DNA of 64,000 nt from Eubacteriales bacterium (GTDB lineage Bacteria > Bacillota > Clostridia > Oscillospirales > CAG-272): assembly GCA_045659745.1 (NCBI GenBank), contig JAZRCL010000057.1:138-64137 (forward strand), read 5' to 3'. The notes beneath the pieces were generated by a model, which saw only the letters and a program-made list of their open reading frames with translations, did not search any database and was not told the origin of the DNA. Shown one piece after another: positions 50,004 to 58,525 of this stretch (its first letter is position 1; each line of letters begins with the position of its first letter). Both the position numbers and the translations under genes were made by a program.

Positions 50004-50753
50004 ATGTCAAAAATAAAATTATGGCTAAAAAAAGAAAGGGAGCAGACGGCGCTTCTGCTGCGGTGTATTCCCGCAACGGTGGTGACGCTTTTCGTAGTCA
50101 GCGTTATCTGTATGAACCTGCTCGCGAACAAGACGCTACTGCAGCTTGATTGGATCGCGCTTGACGGTGGTATTCTTATTTCCTGGTTGTCCTTTATGTG
50201 TATGGACATAATCACAAAGCACTTCGGGCCTCGCGCGTCCAACCGCATATCTGTGCTCGCGGCGGGAATAAATCTTCTGACTTGTCTTATATTCCTGGTT
50301 GCAAGCATGATACCCTCAAACGCAAATGACTACACCGCCTTTGATAGCATATTCGGCGGCACGTGGTTTATACTTCTCGGCAGTACGGTGGCTTTCCTTT
50401 TGTCTGCTATGATAAACAATCTCTTGAATTTCTCCATAGGAAGAATGTTCAAGAAAAATCCTGACGGTAAGCTCGCGTTTGCTATGCGCTCGTACGTGTC
50501 AACCTTTATAGGACAGTTCCTTGATAACTTTATTTTCTCGCTTATAGTATTCGTGGGATTTGCTCCGATATTCTGGGACGGATTCCACTGGACGGTGCTC
50601 CAGTGCGCTATGTGCGCGCTCACGGGAGCGGTGGCAGAGCTTATTATGGAGGTTATTTTCTCCCCCATAGGATACCATATAGTTAATAAATGGAAGAAAA
50701 ACAACGTGGGACAGAAATATCTTGATTACGTGGCAAAGGAGAAAGCTCAATGA
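50004..50753 (+). CDS. VUT-family (YhhQ/DUF165) queuosine-precursor transporter
   Basis: CMNLLANK...LDGGILISWLSFMCMDIITKHFG and SYVSTFIGQFLDNFIF blocks typical of YhhQ. Confidence 0.8.
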   Translation: MSKIKLWLKKEREQTALLLRCIPATVVTLFVVSVICMNLLANKTLLQLDWIALDGGILISWLSFMCMDIITKHFGPRASNRISVLAAGINLLTCLIFLVASMIPSNANDYTAFDSIFGGTWFILLGSTVAFLLSAMINNLLNFSIGRMFKKNPDGKLAFAMRSYVSTFIGQFLDNFIFSLIVFVGFAPIFWDGFHWTVLQCAMCALTGAVAELIMEVIFSPIGYHIVNKWKKNNVGQKYLDYVAKEKAQ

Positions 50754-51403
50754 AAATTTTGATAACCGGAACGTCGCAGGGAATAGGCAAAGCAATTGCG
50801 GAGTTGTTTTTGGCAAAAGGACATACCGTAATTGGTATCGATAGACAACCATCAAGCATTGACAACGAGGCTTATACCCACCATATCTGCGATATACGTG
50901 ATTATGACAAGCTTCCCGATGTTCAGAACGTGGAAATTCTCATCAACAACGCGGGCACGCAGAATGAAAACGATATAGATACAAACCTCAAGGCATTGAT
51001 ACACGTCACCGAAAAATATGGCATCAGAGAGGGAATTAAGTCCATACTCAATATCGGCTCGGCAAGCGCGCACACAGGCTCGGAATTTCCCGAGTATTGT
51101 GCGAGCAAAGGCGGTGTGCTTGCATATACTAAAAACGTGGCGCTCCGCGTGGCAAAATTCGGCGCGACTTGTAATAGCCTTGACCCCGGTGGAGTTATAA
51201 CCCCTCTTAATGAATGCGTAATGAATGACCCTGAACTGTGGGCGCAGATAATGGACGAAACCCCTCTGAAAAAGTGGGCAAGCACCGAGGAGATAGCTGA
51301 ATGGGCGTATTTTCTCACGGTCACAAACACCTTCTGCACAGGGCAGAGTATTCTTGTTGACGGCGGAGAATCTATAAATTATAAGTTTGTTTGGAAGGAT
51401 TGA
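50750..51403 (+). CDS. SDR-family oxidoreductase
   Basis: ITGTSQGIGKAIA (TGxxxGxG), NNAG, YCASKGG (YxxxK). ATGA overlap with the upstream gene. Confidence 0.85.
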   Translation: MKILITGTSQGIGKAIAELFLAKGHTVIGIDRQPSSIDNEAYTHHICDIRDYDKLPDVQNVEILINNAGTQNENDIDTNLKALIHVTEKYGIREGIKSILNIGSASAHTGSEFPEYCASKGGVLAYTKNVALRVAKFGATCNSLDPGGVITPLNECVMNDPELWAQIMDETPLKKWASTEEIAEWAYFLTVTNTFCTGQSILVDGGESINYKFVWKD

Positions 51404-51587
51404 TTTTTTCAAAACCCGTCATAAAACGCAATTTTTTGCGTCTATATATTGTGAGGGAATAGGAAAGATGAGTAAAAATTGTTGAAATTTGTGTAAATTA
51501 CGGCAATATGGGAAAAACATCGAAAAAGCTCACAAAATCGATATTGGCAATTTGCACATTTTTGACTCCTTAATTTGTACATTCTCA

Positions 51588-51632
<45 letters not shown>

Positions 51633-51698
51633 AATTTTATCATTTTGATAAAAAATATGATAAAATTTGTCGAATTTCACGATGTTTTGGAAAAACTA

Positions 51699-51727
51699 TT
51701 GACAAATTAACCGTTCTGTGCTATAAT
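51699..51727 (+). promoter_or_regulatory. Sigma-A type promoter TTGACA-17-TATAAT for the pilin operon
   Basis: TTGACA 51699-51704, TATAAT 51722-51727, about 66 nt upstream of the pilin ATG. Confidence 0.65.
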
Positions 51728-51793
51728 AGTGTCCAACGCATGATACAGAACAATATTTTCAAAAAATTTTTCATGTAAAAAAGGAGAAATATT

Positions 51794-52141
51794 ATGAAGA
51801 AACTTAACAAGAAGGGCTTTACAATCGTAGAGCTTGTAATCGTTATCGCAGTTATCGCAATCCTCGCAGCAGTAATGATTCCTACATTTAGTGGCATAAT
51901 TGAAAAGGCAAATGATTCTGCTCGTCTCCAGCTTGCATCTGCAGCATACAAGGAAGCATATGCGATTGCTATTAGCGATGATGGTGTAATTGACAATACG
52001 GATACAGATATCGCTGCAGGTGATTTCGAATTTGACTTTACATCCGAGGACGATGCTACCGTAACCACATCTAATACTAAGTTTACCAACTATACAGTAA
52101 AAGTAGAAAATGGTGAACTTAAGATAGAAAAGAAGAAATAA
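51794..52141 (+). CDS. Type IV pilin (probable major pilin), prepilin-type N-terminal cleavage/methylation domain
   Basis: MKKLNKKG|FTIVELVIVIAVIAILAAVMIPTF: short basic leader, Gly at -1, Phe at +1, Glu at +5, 20-aa hydrophobic helix. 115 aa. First gene of the operon, followed by a terminator-like hairpin. Confidence 0.85.
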   Translation: MKKLNKKGFTIVELVIVIAVIAILAAVMIPTFSGIIEKANDSARLQLASAAYKEAYAIAISDDGVIDNTDTDIAAGDFEFDFTSEDDATVTTSNTKFTNYTVKVENGELKIEKKK

Positions 52142-52178
52142 TTAAATATTACTAATAATTAATTTTATTAAGACGCAA

Positions 52179-52224
52179 GCACTCTGCACTCCTTGCGGGT
52201 GTAGAGTGCTTTGGTCGTTTTTTT
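52179..52224 (+). terminator. Intrinsic terminator/attenuator between the major pilin and downstream pilus genes
   Basis: gcactctgcac-(9)-gtgtagagtgc (11 bp with one G-U) followed by tttggtcgTTTTTTT. Confidence 0.7.
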
Positions 52225-52242
52225 AGAAAAGGCTGGCAAAAT

Positions 52243-52731
52243 ATGGGCAGAAAACACAGAATTACTAATGCGTCAAAGCAAAATATTGCTAAACGCGGCA
52301 AGGGTGGATTCACACTTGCCGAGCTTTGTATTGTTTTGGCAATCGTTGTGATCTCATCTGCTATGATAGTTTCGTTCGCGACGTCTATGAAGCAGTTTGC
52401 CACCTCAAGCCAAGAAGAATACGACTTTTTAGAGGACTGCGGCGCCGTCAGGGACGGGCTGTGCCGATGGATTGCTGAAAAGGACGCTCCCAATGCGGAT
52501 TTCTCGGATATAGTCGGAAAAGATTTTGCCGTGTCAGGCGGAACTCTTGATCTTGGCAATAATACGAAATTTGAAAACCTGGACACGATCGGAAAGATTA
52601 CCTTTGAGATTAACGAGGACAAAAATCTGATCAAATGCGAAATTACCCGCGTTGGCTCCGACAGTGCCGGCAAGAGCCTTGTTTTCGCTCTGCGCTGCGC
52701 AAATTCAGACGGAGGTGGCGCGAATGAATAA
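52243..52731 (+). CDS. Pilin-like protein (minor pilin) with long leader peptide
   Basis: ...AKRGKGG|FTLAELCIVLAIVVISSAMIV: Gly at -1, Phe at +1, Glu at +5. The leader is about 22 aa. Confidence 0.75.
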   Translation: MGRKHRITNASKQNIAKRGKGGFTLAELCIVLAIVVISSAMIVSFATSMKQFATSSQEEYDFLEDCGAVRDGLCRWIAEKDAPNADFSDIVGKDFAVSGGTLDLGNNTKFENLDTIGKITFEINEDKNLIKCEITRVGSDSAGKSLVFALRCANSDGGGANE

Positions 52732-53125
52732 AACAAAAAGAAATAGCGGCTTTTCCATAATGGAAACGGTTATCGCTCTGGCAATAATCGTTATCGTAAC
52801 AGTTGCGGCGCTCTCCGTGGTTATGGCATCCATCTCCGCAAGAGTCAAGCAAGCCAATTACAGCGAGGCGCAGGACTTCGCGCACAACATCCTTGAGTGC
52901 TTTAAGGCGGCAGATGATACGGCTAAGTTTGAAGATTACGTGAAATTTGCCGAGGGCGTGGAATTGAGCCAATACGCCGAAAATGATGGTTATAATTATG
53001 ACGCGGAAAATAAATTTTCTGCAAAGATAATGTACTATAACAATTTTAACGAGATATTTATCAGTATTGAAGATACAAAGGGTGACGAAATAATTTCGTT
53101 CTCATACGTAAAGGGGGCGAAATAA
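52724..53125 (+). CDS. Pilin-like protein (minor pilin)
   Basis: MNKTKRNSG|FSIMETVIALAIIVIVTVAAL. ATG 52724 overlaps the upstream stop region and has a GGAGG Shine-Dalgarno. Confidence 0.75.
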   Translation: MNKTKRNSGFSIMETVIALAIIVIVTVAALSVVMASISARVKQANYSEAQDFAHNILECFKAADDTAKFEDYVKFAEGVELSQYAENDGYNYDAENKFSAKIMYYNNFNEIFISIEDTKGDEIISFSYVKGAK

Positions 53126-53484
53126 TGAAGATACTTAAAAGCAAAAAGGGAATAGCGCTTGAAAATACGCTGCTCTTTATGATGATCATATTCTCGCTCT
53201 GCTTTTTGATCGCGTCGTTTGCCCTGATAGGTCATTATCAAGGTAAAATAGAGAATATCAAGATAACTCAAAGGATCGAGCTTGATCAGATTGGAGAGGA
53301 ATATCTTGCAAGTGTCAAGGACCCTTCAGTAGCTTTTGACAACGAAAGCTACGGCGGCTACACTTGTGATGTAAATGCAGAGAACAGGACTCTGACTGTC
53401 AAGAATGGAGAAACAGTAGTACTCTATGTAAAAGCGAACAGCTACGGCGACCCGATAATCTGGCGTTATTCACAGCCGGAATAA
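53125..53484 (+). CDS. Atypical pilin-like / ComGG-like small membrane-anchored protein
   Basis: MKILKSKKG|IALENTLLFMMIIFSLCFLIASFALI: hydrophobic helix after KKG, but Glu falls at +4 rather than +5. Confidence 0.45.
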   Translation: MKILKSKKGIALENTLLFMMIIFSLCFLIASFALIGHYQGKIENIKITQRIELDQIGEEYLASVKDPSVAFDNESYGGYTCDVNAENRTLTVKNGETVVLYVKANSYGDPIIWRYSQPE

Positions 53485-53513
53485 TCTAACATTTTGCGAT
53501 ATGGAGAAAAACA

Positions 53514-54746
53514 ATGGCAAAATCTAACTATATGACAACAATAGCGATCGATACCAATCGTTCTGCCATTCATTTTTACTCAATGGTTGGCAACGATAAG
53601 AACTCGATCACTCATAATATAAAAAGCTATGCGGGTGTAAAGCTCGACGAGAACTTTTTTGAAAGGTTCAAGGATGCCGTAAAAGACTTTGCGGCAAACA
53701 CTCCGTCCGAGTCTATACGTAAGGTCACGGTAATTCTGCCCGACTCCGCAGTGCTTACCGATACTATAAAGATACCCACGGTCAAGGGCTCGGCACAGAC
53801 TCAGAAGATGCTTGACACAACTCTTGGCGGTCTTTACCGCAACTATAAGGATCTGCATATCATCGCTCAGATGGCGGATCAGAACAAGCAGTATTCCACT
53901 ATCGGTATAGCGGCAGTGCAGAACAGCATAGTTTCGTCCGTCTATTCGGCTTGCTCGGAGAATAAGCTTTTGGTTGACACGCTTTCCTTTGCATCAGCTT
54001 CGTCTGTTGCGGGAGCTATGTCATTCAACCCCAAGCTCAAGAATGCGTCGTACGTATTCTTGGATATAAAGGATATCTATTCAAGATTTGTATTCGTGGT
54101 GGACGGCAAGGTTATGGGATTCTATACGCTTCCGTTCGGACTTGAATTTTTGAGAAAGCCCCGAGTTGTGAGAGAGGATATTTTGTTTGACCACTCATAT
54201 GGCGAGCTTGTAGTCCTTAACGCAAGGGAAAAGGCAAAGTCCAAAAAGCTTACCGTTATGGCGTTTGGTGAGGCATCCTCCAGATCTTCTCAGGAGGAAT
54301 ACTCTGCAGACGACGAGATAGACGCGGATGAAGAGCTTGTATCCGAGGAGGCAGTTGTTGAGGAGGTCACAGTTAATAACAACGGACAAACCCAAAAGCT
54401 GTTCGTGAGAAAGGGACCCCGCAATCTTCCCAAGTTTATGCTTCGTGAGATTCCCGAAACACAAGAGGGAATTGCTTATGAAAACTTCCGAGTTTTCGTT
54501 AAGTGGGCGTTGACTCTTATACATAGCAACGAAAAGATAACCGAGCTTGGCAAGCCCCAGTTCGTGTGTGTAAATCTTCCCGCGGATCTTTCATACGTTA
54601 TAGATATGACAAATCAGGAGTCGGGCGAGAACGGAATTACGTTTAACCGCCTGTCTGCTTCGAGTGATAATCGCATCATCTCGGAAAATCTCGAATTATA
54701 CGGCGGCTTGTTCCCGAATCAGATAAACTCGGCGAATAAGCTTTGA
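53514..54746 (+). CDS. Possible PilM-like pilus assembly protein with acidic insertion
   Basis: Starts TTIAIDTNRSAIHFY (actin-like phosphate-1-like strand), and its operon position is typical of PilM. Contains an acidic stretch SQEEYSADDEIDADEELVSEEAVVEE. Weak assignment. Confidence 0.4.
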   Translation: MAKSNYMTTIAIDTNRSAIHFYSMVGNDKNSITHNIKSYAGVKLDENFFERFKDAVKDFAANTPSESIRKVTVILPDSAVLTDTIKIPTVKGSAQTQKMLDTTLGGLYRNYKDLHIIAQMADQNKQYSTIGIAAVQNSIVSSVYSACSENKLLVDTLSFASASSVAGAMSFNPKLKNASYVFLDIKDIYSRFVFVVDGKVMGFYTLPFGLEFLRKPRVVREDILFDHSYGELVVLNAREKAKSKKLTVMAFGEASSRSSQEEYSADDEIDADEELVSEEAVVEEVTVNNNGQTQKLFVRKGPRNLPKFMLREIPETQEGIAYENFRVFVKWALTLIHSNEKITELGKPQFVCVNLPADLSYVIDMTNQESGENGITFNRLSASSDNRIISENLELYGGLFPNQINSANKL

Positions 54747-54756
54747 GGATTGTAGT

Positions 54757-55545
54757 ATGGATGAATTTTACCTTGCAGTAGCTTATATTCTTGCGGCAAT
54801 TATAGGCTTGTGCGTGGGCAGCTTTCTGAACGTAGTTATATACCGTCTGCCCAACAAAATGAGTCTTGTAAAGCCCAATTCGCATTGTCCCGCTTGCAAA
54901 TATGAGCTTCGCTGGTATGACAATATCCCCGTGCTTTCTTATTTGATTCTTGGCGGTAAATGCAGAAAATGTAAGGCGCGTATATCCTTCAGATATGCGG
55001 CGGTCGAGCTTGCAAACGCGGCTCTGTGGGTGCTTTGCGTTTTGTTCTTCTGGCAAAAGAGCATAGTGCTCGCTTGTATTTACGCGCTTGTATGTTCAAT
55101 TTTTATATGTATATTCTTTATTGATCTTGAGCATAAGATCATATTTGACCGTTTTCAGATAATGCTGCTCGTGCTTTCGTTAGCAAGCATATTCTTTGAT
55201 AAGGACTACGGTTGGCTGTCGCACGTGATTGGTGGCGTTGCGGGCTTTGCAGTCTTTTTCCTTGTCGCTTGGGTATTTGAAAAGGTATCCAAGAGGGAGG
55301 GGCTTGGCGGCGGCGACGTTAAGCTTGCCTGTGTTGCAGGACTTTTGCTTGGATGGGAGCGTCTGCTTCTGTCGCTTATTATAGCAACTGTTCCCGCCGC
55401 GATAATAATGCTTATCGCGTCAAGAGGCAAGGAGGGGGAGGACAGAGAATTTCCCTTTGCGCCGTTCTTGATCTGCGGTTTTAGTGTTGCAATGTTTTTC
55501 GGAACACAGATACTGAATTGGTATCTGTCGCTTCTTGGATTTTGA
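54757..55545 (+). CDS. pilD: Prepilin peptidase (A24 family)
   Basis: GSFLNVVIYRLP, CPACKYEL...CRKCKA zinc-binding pairs, GLGGGDVKL catalytic Asp motif, second Asp-containing FAPFL region. Confidence 0.92.
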   Translation: MDEFYLAVAYILAAIIGLCVGSFLNVVIYRLPNKMSLVKPNSHCPACKYELRWYDNIPVLSYLILGGKCRKCKARISFRYAAVELANAALWVLCVLFFWQKSIVLACIYALVCSIFICIFFIDLEHKIIFDRFQIMLLVLSLASIFFDKDYGWLSHVIGGVAGFAVFFLVAWVFEKVSKREGLGGGDVKLACVAGLLLGWERLLLSLIIATVPAAIIMLIASRGKEGEDREFPFAPFLICGFSVAMFFGTQILNWYLSLLGF

Positions 55546-55566
55546 TAGAAAGTGAGGTGAGCTTTT

Positions 55567-56778
55567 ATGCCTACATATAAATACGTAGCGGTAAATTTGC
55601 AAAAGAAAAAATACAAGGGTATTTTTATCGCTGAGGATGAAAAAGACCTCGCGGTGCAGCTCACAAAACAAAATTTATATTTGGTTTCCGCCTCTGTATA
55701 CAAGGGAGGCACTCCGTCTGCATTTTTCACGCTTGGCACAGGAAAGGTCAAGCTGAGTGAGCTTACCACGTTTTGCAGACAGTTCGCTATTATGATATCC
55801 ACGGGTATTACGCTGCTTGACTGTATCGATAGCCTGAAGCGTCAGCCCTATTCCGCATATTTTAAGTCTGTGCTTCAGGTAGTCAGTGAGGACATCAAGG
55901 GCGGAGCTATGCTGTCCGAGGCGTTTGATAAGCACAAAAAGGTATTTCCCGATTTTTTCTGCAGCATGGTGCACGTCGGAGAAGCCAGTGGAAAGCTTGA
56001 TAAGGTTTTCTTGTCTCTCGCGGATTATTACGAGTCGGACGCGGCAATCAAGAGAAAGGTTAGATCCGCGCTCGCATATCCGTCTATGCTCGCGCTTATG
56101 ACGGTTGCCATCGTAGTTTTGATGCTTGCATTCGTCGTTCCCACATTCCGCGAATCGCTCTCGCAGCTCGACGTTGAGATCACGGGCTTGACTAAAGCGG
56201 TTTACGACATTTCGGATTTCATTTTGAATTATTGGCGAATCATCGTTATCGGAATAATTCTCATCGGCGGCGCGATTTTCCTCTTCACCCGAACAGCAAA
56301 GGGAAGACGGGTAATGGACGTATTAAAGATCAAAACTCCTATTATAGGACGCATCCAGATCAACCTTATAACAGCCCGCTTTGCGCGAGCATTCAGTATT
56401 TTGCTTTCGAGCGGAATGGATCTCGCTACTGCGCTTGATACAACGTCCATTATTCTTGGCAACAGCTACGTTAAGGAACGCTTTGACGAAGCAGCAGACG
56501 ACGTCCGTGAGGGCATCACGCTGACAAACGCGTTTCAAAAGCAAAATCTGTTTCCGCAAATGCTCTTGCAGATGCTTGCGGTAGGAGAACAGACGGCTTC
56601 CTTGGAAGAGGTGCTTGTCCGTTCGTGCGCATTCTTTGACGATCAGGTCGAATCCTCTCTCAATTCGCTGACCTCCAAGATTCAGCCCGCAATGCTTTTG
56701 ATCATGGGTCTTGTCGTGGGAACGCTGTTTATGGCGGTCTACTCGCCTATGCTTGCCATTATGAGTACCCTTGCTTGA
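55567..56778 (+). CDS. pilC: Type IV pilus platform protein (GspF/PilC family)
   Basis: Two T2SSF repeats (LTTFCRQFAIMISTGITLLDCI ; ARFARAFSILLSSGMDLATAL). Three TM segments. 403 aa. Confidence 0.92.
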   Translation: MPTYKYVAVNLQKKKYKGIFIAEDEKDLAVQLTKQNLYLVSASVYKGGTPSAFFTLGTGKVKLSELTTFCRQFAIMISTGITLLDCIDSLKRQPYSAYFKSVLQVVSEDIKGGAMLSEAFDKHKKVFPDFFCSMVHVGEASGKLDKVFLSLADYYESDAAIKRKVRSALAYPSMLALMTVAIVVLMLAFVVPTFRESLSQLDVEITGLTKAVYDISDFILNYWRIIVIGIILIGGAIFLFTRTAKGRRVMDVLKIKTPIIGRIQINLITARFARAFSILLSSGMDLATALDTTSIILGNSYVKERFDEAADDVREGITLTNAFQKQNLFPQMLLQMLAVGEQTASLEEVLVRSCAFFDDQVESSLNSLTSKIQPAMLLIMGLVVGTLFMAVYSPMLAIMSTLA

Positions 56779-56794
56779 TTTCGGAGGTTGACTG

Positions 56795-58483
56795 ATGAAT
56801 ATAAATAGAGACTTACTACAGTTTTATATTTACAAAAAAATAATAAAGAAAAAGCAAGCAGAAAAGATTCTTGAGGATTGCGAACGACTTAAGGTTTCGG
56901 TCCGCGACTATATGCTTACTAAGGAGTATGCGACGGAGGTCAGGGAATTGCCCGTTTTGGGAGGATATTATTGCCTTCCTCACGTGGAAATAGACATGCT
57001 TGATATCGACAAGTCACTTTTCGAGCTGTTCAGCTTCGAATTTATGAAGCGCTACAAAGTCATTCCCGTGAGCATGAGCCCCGACGGCACGCTTCTTATC
57101 GCAACGGGTAATCCGCTTGACTGCTCGGCTATGTCGGCGATTTCCTCGCAGATCGTATGTCCTATGGACTACGTTCTCGTCCCACCCGGACAGATAGACC
57201 GCTATATTGACTCAATAGCGGTGGTAATGTCCACGTCCGCGGCACTCGACGACCTTAATACCGAGGGCGAGGTTGAGATGTTCTCGACCAAGAAGGCCCT
57301 CGCAGAAGAGAATATCGCCGAGAATGACGTCGTCAACAACCCGTCGGTTCGTCTGGTTGACTCAATTATCCGAGAAGCCGTACCGTACCGCGCGAGTGAT
57401 ATACATATCGAGCCCTTTGAGAAGGTCGTTAAGGTGCGCTACCGTATAGACGGCGACCTTCAGGAAAGAGCAGAGTTCCCGATAAACTCTTATTCCGCGA
57501 TTTGTGCGCGAATTAAAATAATGGCGGGACTTGATATTGCCGAGCGCAGAATACCTCAGGACGGACGAATTGATATGATCATCGGCGGCAAGGAGTTTGA
57601 CTTCCGTGTTTCCTCGCTTCCCACGATGTTCGGAGAAAAATTCGTTATCCGAGTACTCGATAAAACGTCCTTCCGCTTCACACGTGACGACCTTGGCTTT
57701 ACCGAGGACGAAAACGTGTATATAAACAAAATGCTCTCCAAGCCCCACGGAATAATCCTTCTGACAGGACCCACGGGATGCGGAAAGTCCACGACCTTGT
57801 ACTCCTTCTTAAAGGAGGTTAACACCTCAGCGGTGAATATCGTTACCGTTGAAGACCCCGTTGAGTATGTTATGCAGGGCATAAATCAGACGCAGGTAAA
57901 CGCAAAGGCTAATATGACCTTTGCGACCGCGCTTCGTTCCATACTCCGTCAGGACCCCGATATCATAATGATCGGTGAGATGCGAGACGAGGAGACCGCG
58001 GAGATAGCCGTAAGAGCGGCTATTACTGGACACCTTGTGTTCAGTACGCTGCATACCAACGATGCCACGGGCGCGATCACGCGTCTTGAGGATATGGGTA
58101 TCGCAGATTACCTCGTTGCAGACGCGCTTGTGGGCGTTATTGCCCAGCGTCTTGTTAAAAGACTTTGCCCCGAGTGCAGAAGAAGAAGTAAAACCACCCC
58201 CAGCGAGATGCGGATGCTCGGCATAGACGAGCCCATCAGCATTTATCGCCCGCAGGGATGTCAGTTCTGCAACCATACGGGATATAAGGGCAGAATAGCA
58301 GTGCACGAGATTATGTATATGAATGAAAATATGCGTAACGCCGTCGTGCGCGAAAAGAATCTTGAGGTGCTTCGCGACCTCGCAAGACAAAACGGAATGG
58401 TCACTCTTTGGAGCTCCTGCCGTAACCTTGTAATAAACGGCGTGACGAGTATCCAACAGCTTATGACCTTGAATATGGAGTGA
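56795..58483 (+). CDS. pilB: Type IV pilus assembly ATPase (GspE/PilB family)
   Basis: Walker A GPTGCGKST, Asp box, Walker B IIMIGEMRD, His box, tetracysteine CPEC...CQFC motif. N-terminal GSPII_E-like domain. Confidence 0.93.
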   Translation: MNINRDLLQFYIYKKIIKKKQAEKILEDCERLKVSVRDYMLTKEYATEVRELPVLGGYYCLPHVEIDMLDIDKSLFELFSFEFMKRYKVIPVSMSPDGTLLIATGNPLDCSAMSAISSQIVCPMDYVLVPPGQIDRYIDSIAVVMSTSAALDDLNTEGEVEMFSTKKALAEENIAENDVVNNPSVRLVDSIIREAVPYRASDIHIEPFEKVVKVRYRIDGDLQERAEFPINSYSAICARIKIMAGLDIAERRIPQDGRIDMIIGGKEFDFRVSSLPTMFGEKFVIRVLDKTSFRFTRDDLGFTEDENVYINKMLSKPHGIILLTGPTGCGKSTTLYSFLKEVNTSAVNIVTVEDPVEYVMQGINQTQVNAKANMTFATALRSILRQDPDIIMIGEMRDEETAEIAVRAAITGHLVFSTLHTNDATGAITRLEDMGIADYLVADALVGVIAQRLVKRLCPECRRRSKTTPSEMRMLGIDEPISIYRPQGCQFCNHTGYKGRIAVHEIMYMNENMRNAVVREKNLEVLRDLARQNGMVTLWSSCRNLVINGVTSIQQLMTLNME

Positions 58484-58525
58484 TTTTAGCTCCGTTCACC
58501 CTCATTTTTTAACAGGAGGAAAATT

